Source: Porphyridium purpureum
Taxonomy: Eukaryota
Direction: 5' to 3'
Assembly: GCA_008690995.1 (NCBI GenBank)
Contig: VRMN01000010.1
Span: 744,001 to 768,875 of the forward strand
DNA: 24,875 bases
Both the position numbers and the translations under genes were made by a program. Below are positions 1 through 8,204 of the stretch, in pieces. Within the stretch, counting starts at the first letter, position 1. Each line of letters opens with the position of its first letter. The notes below the pieces were generated by a model, which was given only the letters and a program-made list of their open reading frames with translations, had not been told where the DNA came from and did no database searches.

Positions 1-666
1 TTCATGAAGAAATTTTCATGGAACAGCCTCCTGGATTCGTACATGAAGGAGGAAAAGTCCTGAAACTGCGTAAAGCAATCTATGGATTGAAGCAGGCATC
101 TCGAGCTTGGAATCAAGTTCTTGTGCAAGCACTTAAAGAAATCAATTTTTCCGAAAGTACGGCAGATCCTTGTCTGTTTTCTAAGGGTCCAAATGGTCCG
201 TATATCATGATTTACGTCGATGACTTGGTCTTCATAGGTGAAGACGAAGTTACTTCAAATGAAGTGCTTCTGCATTTGCAAGGCAAGTTTGAAGTCAGGG
301 ATCTTGGGCAAGTGGTCAAGCAAAAATTTGCCGGCTACACTCTTGATTATGATCAAAGGAATGGCATTATCAGACTTAATCAAAGCTTGTATGTCCAAAC
401 CATCCTGGAAAGGTTCGGAATGGAATCGGCGAATCCAAGGAAGCTTCCCATGGAAAAGGATACGAAGTGGTATACTGCTACTGCAGAACCATGCAAGATG
501 CCTTACATGGAACTCGTGGGAGCACTAATGTATTTGTGCACTTGCACGCGTCCGGATATTTCCTTCGCCGTGGGAGTGCTTGCACGATCAATGGCAAATG
601 CCAATGAATCCCATTGGAATGCGGCAAAGGGAGTGCTGCGATATCTTAAAGGAACCATAAATTATG
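1..666 (+). mobile_element. Partial Ty1/copia copy (reverse transcriptase region), truncated by the window at left and joined to an LTR end at 666/667
   Basis: ORF 18..713 has copia RT motifs (AIYGLKQASRAW, DPCLF, IYVDD, TRPDI). By eye, 1..666 is the exact reverse complement of 1540..2205. The match ends at ...GGAACCATAAATTATG, where LTR sequence starts; the last residues VLKGLMYRGVFVTCH are read from the LTR. Confidence 0.95.
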
Positions 667-991
667 TATTAAAAGGTCTGATGTATCGGGGAGTCTTTGT
701 GACTTGTCACTAACGCAGTTGCGTGTCCCCTTCGTCGCCCTTGCAACTAACCTTACCTTCGTCATCCGGGGACTCCGAGCCTCGGCCATCGCTAAGCTCT
801 TCATATAGGCAATCGTAGTGCTTTCACTAGTGAGATTGCCAACTGTACCTCCAGGGCAAAAACCCTTATTTACTATAAGTTGGAGAAATACAGAAAGTTG
901 GAGAAATACAGAAAGTTGGAGCTGAAACATTCCCCATGGTATTACTACTTTACCTGGGGAGGGAATCTACCGAAACCCTGGATTCATAACA
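667..991 (-). repeat. 3' LTR (325 bp)
   Basis: Identical by eye to 5313..5637. The minus strand reads TGTTATGAATCC...CCTTTTAATA. Confidence 0.95.
877..921. repeat. 2.5 copies of the 18-bp unit AAGTTGGAGAAATACAGA in the LTR (also 5523..5567; one unit fewer in the solo LTR)
   Basis: Directly visible tandem repeat. Confidence 0.9.
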
Positions 992-1000
992 CTCCCACGC
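992..1000 (-). other. Putative polypurine tract (short, imperfect)
   Basis: Minus strand GCGTGGGAG immediately precedes the TGTTA start of the 3' LTR. Confidence 0.6.
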
Positions 1001-1030
1001 AGCGACAACTTTTCGTCATGCCTTCCACCT

Positions 1031-4000
1031 CTATCTCGAATTTTCAAGACAAGCAACACCCAATAAGGTTTTGCATTTCAAAAACATTTCTCGAGGAACC
1101 ACTTTGGTTAGGAAATCTGCTGCCTGATCTGATGTGCGAATGTAAATAGCCTTGACTATTCCCCGTTGCTGACATTCGCGAGCATAGTGCTTTCTCACGT
1201 CAATGTGCTTCGACCTTTCGTGCACAATCGGGTTCTCACTCAGTTTCAGTGCAGCATCATTGTCACAAAACATTGGAATCGATTTCGACTTGAATCCTAG
1301 GAATTCCATGAGATATTGAAACCACTGGGCTTCTTTACATGCATCCGAGAGAGCCATGTACTCTGCTTCGGTTGTGGACAGCGCCACAGTTGGTTGTAGC
1401 CTGGATTTCCAGGAGACAACTGATCCATTGATCGTGAAAGCATATCCGGTGGTTGACCTTCGCGTTCGAAGATCACTAGCATAGTCTGAATCAACGTAAC
1501 CAATTAGGTCGGAGTTGCCATTTGAGCTAAATTGGAGACCATAATTTATGGTTCCTTTAAGATATCGCAGCACTCCCTTTGCCGCATTCCAATGGGATTC
1601 ATTGGCATTTGCCATTGATCGTGCAAGCACTCCCACGGCGAAGGAAATATCCGGACGCGTGCAAGTGCACAAATACATTAGTGCTCCCACGAGTTCCATG
1701 TAAGGCATCTTGCATGGTTCTGCAGTAGCAGTATACCACTTCGTATCCTTTTCCATGGGAAGCTTCCTTGGATTCGCCGATTCCATTCCGAACCTTTCCA
1801 GGATGGTTTGGACATACAAGCTTTGATTAAGTCTGATAATGCCATTCCTTTGATCATAATCAAGAGTGTAGCCGGCAAATTTTTGCTTGACCACTTGCCC
1901 AAGATCCCTGACTTCAAACTTGCCTTGCAAATGCAGAAGCACTTCATTTGAAGTAACTTCGTCTTCACCTATGAAGACCAAGTCATCGACGTAAATCATG
2001 ATATACGGACCATTTGGACCCTTAGAAAACAGACAAGGATCTGCCGTACTTTCGGAAAAATTGATTTCTTTAAGTGCTTGCACAAGAACTTGATTCCAAG
2101 CTCGAGATGCCTGCTTCAATCCATAGATTGCTTTACGCAGTTTCAGGACTTTTCCTCCTTCATGTACGAATCCAGGAGGCTGTTCCATGAAAATTTCTTC
2201 ATGAAGTTCTCCATTGAGAAACGCAGTCACCACATCGAAAAGTCGAATTTTCAACTTTCTTGCAGCTGCTACTGCCAGGACCGTTCGAATAGTGTTGTGT
2301 CGCACAACAGGGCTGAACACTTCGTCGTAGTCCAAACCAGGTTTCTGAGTGAAACCTTTTGCGACAAGTCGACACTTGAACCGATCAATTTGTCCGTTGA
2401 CATTATATTTGATCTTAAAAACCCATTTGCATCTGACAGGAATTCGGTCCTGTGGACGATCGACGAGCTCCCACGTGCATTTGCCAGTGAGAGATTCCAA
2501 TTCTCTATTCAGAGCTTCCAGCCATTGCTCAGAGAAGTCACCCTTTAGTGCTTCTTCGACTGACCGAGGTTCAGAAACGGTGGAAATTATTCCAACGAAT
2601 TGATTTGCGACATATCCACTGTCTTGACTTTCGTCATCCTCAGTATTCCCAAAGTTTCCATTTGGAGCCTTTTGGAACCCTAAATCTTTCGAATTATTCT
2701 GAACTTTTTCCAGAAACGTTTCTCCGATTTCATTTGAAATAGAATATTCCTGACTGCGATCATCCATTTGTCGAGTGGAATCTGTTTCAAAATTTTTTGA
2801 CGCGATTTGAGACTTTTCATCAAACGACTTCGAGAAATCTTTTGGAAACAACTCTTCGACAATTTTATCGAAGTTGGAAAAATATTCCGAATCGTGGATT
2901 TCATGTTCATGAACATCTATTCCAACGACAGACTCATCGAAAGTGACATTTCGACTTTCAACGACCGTGCCATCCGATAGAAGAATGCGATAAACGGAAT
3001 GGACATTTCCATAACCGACCAAGCATCCAATTGCAGATCTTGTTTCTAGTTTTCCTCGCAATTGCTTAGGAATATGAACAAACGCTCTCGATCCGTAGAT
3101 TCTGAGATTGCTGAGATCTGGCCTTTGCCTGAATGCAATTTCTATCGGCGTTTTCCCGCGATTATTTGAAATGCGATTTCGCAAATAATTCGCAGTCAAC
3201 AAAGCATTACTCCAATTTTCCAAAGGTAGATTACTATCAAACAATAAGCTTCGAACCTTTTCGAGTAATGTCCGATTCATGCGTTCAGCCATACCATTAA
3301 GTTCTGGCGTGTAAGCAGAGGTATTTTCCCAAGTAATTCCAGAGTCTTGGAGATGCCTTTGCACATAAAGGCTTGCGAATTCGCCACCTTTGTCGGACCG
3401 AACTCTTTTTGCCTTTGCACCAAGAGTCGTTTCGAGATATTTAAGTGTGCGCAGTAACATTTCACCCGCTTCACTTTTTCGCTCGAGCAAGTGGACGACA
3501 CTCAAACTTGAGCATTCGTCGACGACAACTAGAAAATATCGATGGTCGTCAAAACTCGAAGGAGTGAGTGGTCCGCATACATCAGTATGAAGGACTTCTC
3601 CCGGAACCGCCGAAATGGAATTCAATTTCCGCTTCTTAAAGGGAGTTCGTGTTCCCTTTGCCTTTTGGCAAATCACACAATGGTATTCATCCGGAACTTT
3701 TAAGTCCGCGGGAATTCCCTGTACACAATTTTGCGTATTTTTCAGACCAGCAAGTCCAGGATGACCAAGTCGACGGTGAAATAGCTCAAACTTATTTGAA
3801 GCTGTGATTGCATTTATTCTAGCGGCGGATAGTTTGATCATTAAATCACCATCCCCAACCGCTAGGACGGGCCCATCTGACCCAAAATGCAAAACAGATG
3901 AACTATCATCGTGTTTGAAGACACAGCCCTTTCTCGCTGCGACCTTTGTCGAAAGGAGATTTATGGGTGTGCTTTCGATCAACAAAACATTTTCAAGACG

Positions 4001-5308
4001 CAAGTCATTAAACTTGTCTTGAATAATTGTTTTGAGCATGACATCACCCATCAATGAAACTTCAACATGTTCCCCGTTGGCAACAGTAACAAGTGATTCA
4101 TCAGAAGGTCTTTCATTCATTAGAATAGACCTATCCCAAGTGATATGTCTGTCCGATCCAGAATCGAACATCCATTTGTGCGACTTGTGCTTGTGGGGCA
4201 CAACAGAGACACAGATGGCATAGATGGAAGTGGTGGCTTTATTGATTGGTGCAGGGGTCGCTGGGGGGCTAATCATGCGGATATCCAGAGAAGGGCCTTT
4301 TGGCACCACGCCCCTTCCCGCAACGCTATTCGCGTAGGCCTCCCACGACATCCAACCTGGCTCAATGGCTGCCTTTGCCGCCGGAGCCGGTGGTTTCGTC
4401 ACCTTGGTTTTTACCTGAACCACATTCACCCGCGCATTCGGCTTTCCGATGCCGCGTTTCACTGCCTCCGGGTCTGCTGCGCCACTCGCACCAGCAGCCT
4501 TGTCGCGCAAGTCATTCTTGCGCTTAAAGCAACGCTTCGTCTCGTGCCCAACCTTGTGGCAGTAGCCACACTTCAGGTTCTCCTTGACGAGTGCCGTCTT
4601 CACGACACCCGCTGAGCGATCACGCTGCTGTTGCTGCGGACGCTGGGACACCGCCATTGCGATGGGCGGGGGCTCATCTGCCAACGTGCGCTCGAGCGCT
4701 TTTCCGGCCTCCAGCTGGAGCAGTTGCAGCCGAGCTGCGGAGACCGTGGGCGCCGAATGCAGCAGGTAGTCCTTCGACCCCTGAAACTCTTTGCGGAGCC
4801 CGATCACCAGATAACGCACGACATGGTCCTCGGGAACTTGCTCACCGATCGAGACAAGCTTGTCCCACAGACCGATTCCGCGATCCAAGTACTCGGCCAT
4901 TGCCTCGTTCTTGTTCTGGACAATGCGCTCCAGCGCCATGCGAAACGCGAACTTCTGCGCCGACAGTTGATCGTGCGCATAATTCGCCACCGCGGACCAA
5001 CCGTCCGCCGACGACTTATCGCGGACGAGACGGTCGTACCTGTTCTCCAAGACCCCGGACAGAAAGAACTGTCCCGCCAGGTCCGCATCGTCCCACTCTT
5101 CTGCCGTCATCCCGGTAGTTGCACGCGACGACGACGATGGGCGAACGACCATCCCCGCAACGACGGGCCACAGCTTCACCACACGCAACGCGAGCTTCGT
5201 GCGGCGTGCCCAAATGTCGTAATTCTCGCCATTGAACTTTTCCACGCCGTTCGCAAGCGCGGACAGCTTCGACGCATCAAACGTAAACGCCATCGCGTCT
5301 GGGCTCAT
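1031..5308 (-). CDS. Copia gag-pol polyprotein (1425 aa; alternative start at ATG 5293)
   Basis: Gag N-terminus EKFNGENYDIW; zinc knuckle CGYCHKVGHETKRC; protease WMFDSGSDRH; integrase HRRLGH/CVIC, HTDVCGP, RSDKGGEF, NGMAERMNR; RT FKCRLVAKG, YVDD; RNase H DSDYA, EAEY, CDN, ADFLTK. No stops or frameshifts. Confidence 0.97.
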   Translation of the reverse strand: MSPDAMAFTFDASKLSALANGVEKFNGENYDIWARRTKLALRVVKLWPVVAGMVVRPSSSSRATTGMTAEEWDDADLAGQFFLSGVLENRYDRLVRDKSSADGWSAVANYAHDQLSAQKFAFRMALERIVQNKNEAMAEYLDRGIGLWDKLVSIGEQVPEDHVVRYLVIGLRKEFQGSKDYLLHSAPTVSAARLQLLQLEAGKALERTLADEPPPIAMAVSQRPQQQQRDRSAGVVKTALVKENLKCGYCHKVGHETKRCFKRKNDLRDKAAGASGAADPEAVKRGIGKPNARVNVVQVKTKVTKPPAPAAKAAIEPGWMSWEAYANSVAGRGVVPKGPSLDIRMISPPATPAPINKATTSIYAICVSVVPHKHKSHKWMFDSGSDRHITWDRSILMNERPSDESLVTVANGEHVEVSLMGDVMLKTIIQDKFNDLRLENVLLIESTPINLLSTKVAARKGCVFKHDDSSSVLHFGSDGPVLAVGDGDLMIKLSAARINAITASNKFELFHRRLGHPGLAGLKNTQNCVQGIPADLKVPDEYHCVICQKAKGTRTPFKKRKLNSISAVPGEVLHTDVCGPLTPSSFDDHRYFLVVVDECSSLSVVHLLERKSEAGEMLLRTLKYLETTLGAKAKRVRSDKGGEFASLYVQRHLQDSGITWENTSAYTPELNGMAERMNRTLLEKVRSLLFDSNLPLENWSNALLTANYLRNRISNNRGKTPIEIAFRQRPDLSNLRIYGSRAFVHIPKQLRGKLETRSAIGCLVGYGNVHSVYRILLSDGTVVESRNVTFDESVVGIDVHEHEIHDSEYFSNFDKIVEELFPKDFSKSFDEKSQIASKNFETDSTRQMDDRSQEYSISNEIGETFLEKVQNNSKDLGFQKAPNGNFGNTEDDESQDSGYVANQFVGIISTVSEPRSVEEALKGDFSEQWLEALNRELESLTGKCTWELVDRPQDRIPVRCKWVFKIKYNVNGQIDRFKCRLVAKGFTQKPGLDYDEVFSPVVRHNTIRTVLAVAAARKLKIRLFDVVTAFLNGELHEEIFMEQPPGFVHEGGKVLKLRKAIYGLKQASRAWNQVLVQALKEINFSESTADPCLFSKGPNGPYIMIYVDDLVFIGEDEVTSNEVLLHLQGKFEVRDLGQVVKQKFAGYTLDYDQRNGIIRLNQSLYVQTILERFGMESANPRKLPMEKDTKWYTATAEPCKMPYMELVGALMYLCTCTRPDISFAVGVLARSMANANESHWNAAKGVLRYLKGTINYGLQFSSNGNSDLIGYVDSDYASDLRTRRSTTGYAFTINGSVVSWKSRLQPTVALSTTEAEYMALSDACKEAQWFQYLMEFLGFKSKSIPMFCDNDAALKLSENPIVHERSKHIDVRKHYARECQQRGIVKAIYIRTSDQAADFLTKVVPREMFLKCKTLLGVACLENSR

Positions 5309-5312
5309 AACC
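5299..5312 (-). other. Primer-binding site complementary to the anticodon arm of initiator tRNA-Met (half-tRNA priming type)
   Basis: Minus strand GGTTATGAGCCCAG abuts the 5' LTR. Its complement GGGCUCAUAACC matches the tRNAiMet anticodon stem-loop, the priming mode of Drosophila copia, Ty5 and Osser. Confidence 0.85.
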
Positions 5313-5637
5313 TATTAAAAGGTCTGATGTATCGGGGAGTCTTTGTGACTTGTCACTAACGCAGTTGCGTGTCCCCTTCGTCGCCCTTGCAACTAACCTT
5401 ACCTTCGTCATCCGGGGACTCCGAGCCTCGGCCATCGCTAAGCTCTTCATATAGGCAATCGTAGTGCTTTCACTAGTGAGATTGCCAACTGTACCTCCAG
5501 GGCAAAAACCCTTATTTACTATAAGTTGGAGAAATACAGAAAGTTGGAGAAATACAGAAAGTTGGAGCTGAAACATTCCCCATGGTATTACTACTTTACC
5601 TGGGGAGGGAATCTACCGAAACCCTGGATTCATAACA
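5313..5637 (-). repeat. 5' LTR (325 bp)
   Basis: Direct repeat of 667..991, adjacent to the PBS and gag start. Confidence 0.95.
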
Positions 5638-5899
5638 CTTTGGGCCCCAACTACTACCTCTACGGTAAAATGAAGCGCATTTTCAAGAAAACATGAACAT
5701 ACACACTTTCATCCATGCTATCCACTGTTCATTCTAGTTTGACCTTATTCAGCCAACAAGACATATGATGTAGACATTGGAATGCCTGCTGTGGGTCGCA
5801 ATGTAAAATGACCACTAAGAATCAGAAGATCCAAAACATTGAAGAAAAACAATTGAACGGAAACATTTTCTACGGCAACACTTCCAATACTCGTTCGAA

Positions 5900-7550
5900 A
5901 GAGAAGGGTGCGTTCGGTATTTTGTTTGGATACTTTTAAAACAGCAGTGAAAATTTAAAACCATGTCAGCTTGCAGGACAAATGAGGTCTGCTCACTTCA
6001 CAAAGTAGTGCTGTACACGCTTCCTGCGAGGTGCCTCGTGCAGTCACCGAAATTATTAGAGGCCAGGGTTTGGCCGGATCAACATGAGCTGAATAATCCT
6101 ACGGCAATCCTCACACGCTCGGAGCCATTCTTCAAATGGAACGTGAAAGAGAATCCCGGATTTTTACATCCTCATCAAACCTGTCAATGTATGGCTGGAA
6201 ATCAATCTGTAAATACGTGTTTCTGAAGAGGATATAGCCTAGTTCTTAATGAAATTCAAAGCGCAAAATTAGGGTGCCCATGTTGTGCAGATTATTTTAC
6301 TGTCTCGTCTCGTAAGACGAAAGGCGAAGAGGTATCACCGGATTCGGAACCGTAGTTCTGCAAATGATTCTTTCAAAGAATATCATTGTAATCGATCTCG
6401 AAAAATCTCAATCCTGACTTCATGCAATGCAAAAGCATATTTTGGGTCCTCGTCTCTGGTTAGACAATTATTGCAGATATAGTGAGATACGTACCATTTT
6501 TATGACATGCTCGACTTCGGAGGTAGTCACTATTAAAAGGTCTGATGTATCGGGGAGTCTTTGTGACTTGTCACTAACGCAGTTGCGTGTCCCCTTCGTC
6601 GCCCTTGCAACTAACCTTACCTTCGTCATCCGGGGACTCCGAGCCTCGGCCATCGCTAAGCTCTTCATATAGGCAATCGTAGTGCTTTCACTAGTGAGAT
6701 TGCCAACTGTACCTCCAGGGCAAAAACCCTAATTTACTATAAGTTGGAGAAATACAGAAAGTTGGAGCTGAAACATTCCCCATGGTATTACTACTTTACC
6801 TGGGGAGGGAATCTACCGAAACCCTGGATTCATAACAATTTCTTTCCCACTTTTATATTCAGAAGGACATTTTATATGATTTAAACCATATCTACGACAT
6901 TCTTTTGAGCTGCACTTTTTTAAAAAGTATTCTGATTGATTCTTCTTCTACCCTCAATTTAATTCAGTTTGTGTTCTTCAATCGACCGTGGCAGCGTTCT
7001 GAATCTGAAAGTATGCGTATGTTGAGCTTTTCGTATACCTTTTCCAAGATATTTAGCAATTTGGGAGTGATTAATGAGGATCCATGTCCAAGAAAACTAC
7101 CAAGAAAGTTTTGAGCCTTCTATAACAGAGAACGACTTCAGCGTTGCTTGCTGAAATGATGCGGCTCTATTTTCTCTCACTACTCAGATAGATTTCTAAT
7201 TGCGTAATTCCTTATTTCAAAGACATGCCTTTCTGTCTCATGAACTCTATTGGAATCTGTTTTTCGGACCTGAGGTATCATCTTCTCGAGCTTCTCGCCG
7301 AATGATCCTACCGATCGCAGGATTGTACACACGAATCCCAGTGGATCAGTTCGTTTAATTTCTGTGGGCGATCCAAAGCTACAGAATGGATAAGTGGATT
7401 CATTTCCTTGCATTATTTATTGATCGCATGATTTTGGACGTAGATCCCAAACTCACAGTAACCGCTTGGTCAATGGCAGCCCAAATCTTGTTTATCGCTG
7501 ACAAAGTCCTTACTGGGCGCAGTACAAGCTGATGAGATTTAATGCACAAC
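5900..7550 (+). pseudogene. Possible heavily degenerate copia pol (RT-RNase H) relic, interrupted by the solo LTR; boundaries approximate
   Basis: Manual translation gives ordered decayed motifs: HELNNPTAIL...PGFLH (6083-6169; cf. HQMDVKTAFL...PGF), SMYGWKS (6184-6204; cf. SLYGLKQ), G*VDS (7388-7402; cf. GYVDS) and RRSQTHSNRLVNGS (7439-7480; same spacing as RRSTTGYAFTINGS). Many stops and frameshifts; AT-rich. Confidence 0.45.
6531..6837 (-). repeat. Solo LTR of the same family (307 bp)
   Basis: Same sequence and ends as the 325-bp LTRs, lacking one 18-bp unit and with a T>A change at 6731. No PBS or PPT adjacent. Confidence 0.93.
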
Positions 7551-8204
7551 TGCAATTTTCACTTTGACGTGACAGGCGCAATTCTTACCTGCTACAACCC
7601 CAACGTGCTTGAAAGATATGACCTTCCTTTGGTTCACGAAAGTATGTGATGTACTGCCTACTTGGCACCGGGAAAGTACAATGTTACTTTTCAGTATTCG
7701 TCACCACCGCACTTGGCCTTTCAACAATCGGAACCATACATACGTGCCGAAGCACGATCAAACGCCCCGAGCTTGACGATTGTGTGGATGCCGTACCGTT
7801 AATTCTGCTGTCAAATTATAGACTTCGGAGAATTCTGACCCGTGCGATGAGCATTTCTTCGTGTTTGGCGTGTTCGTCACAGGGTCAATCAAATACGAAA
7901 AATGTCAAAATAGTGCACTTCACTTCTCGCTGGATGGCCGTGACAGTTAGCATGTATGAGGGCTTCGGCTTGTGAAATCGTGCATTGGAGCTCGAACACG
8001 CGAAATGCTGTTGACGTTATCTCCGCATACATTCGGAGCCGCAACACGTGATCCGTACATTCGGGCTTAAAGTAGCATCTCAATATGCTCTTTACAGACA
8101 AAGGACAGTTGGTAGGATTAGCACCAAACCAGCTTTGCTCATTGCCGAAGGCAGCGGAAACGATTGCTCGCTCTATCTCGCCGCGTCTTGAGCTTCGAAA
8201 TACG

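Larger units (their letters stand above)
667..5637 (-). mobile_element. Full-length Ty1/copia LTR retrotransposon (~4.97 kb)
   Basis: Two direct 325-bp LTRs flank a PBS, a single gag-PR-IN-RT-RH ORF in copia domain order, and a short purine-rich tract. Confidence 0.97.

Noticed and set aside
646..930. 94-99 aa minus-strand ORFs MFQLQLSVFLQ... (also 5277..5576 and 6468..6668)
   Set aside because: They lie within LTR copies, have different C-termini set by the flanks, and the repeated peptide only reflects the 18-bp repeat.
4145..5359. Antisense ORFs (156-242 aa) over gag
   Set aside because: Expected shadow ORFs in GC-rich, codon-biased sequence; no recognisable motifs.
6724..6732. AAACCCTAA telo-box in the solo LTR
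   Set aside because: Created by a single substitution relative to the other LTRs; most likely chance.
6950..7120. Minus-strand peptide GHGSSL...HGRLKNTN vaguely like an integrase D(35)E region
   Set aside because: Catalytic residues are absent and the spacing is off; weaker than the plus-strand RT/RNase H reading of the region.
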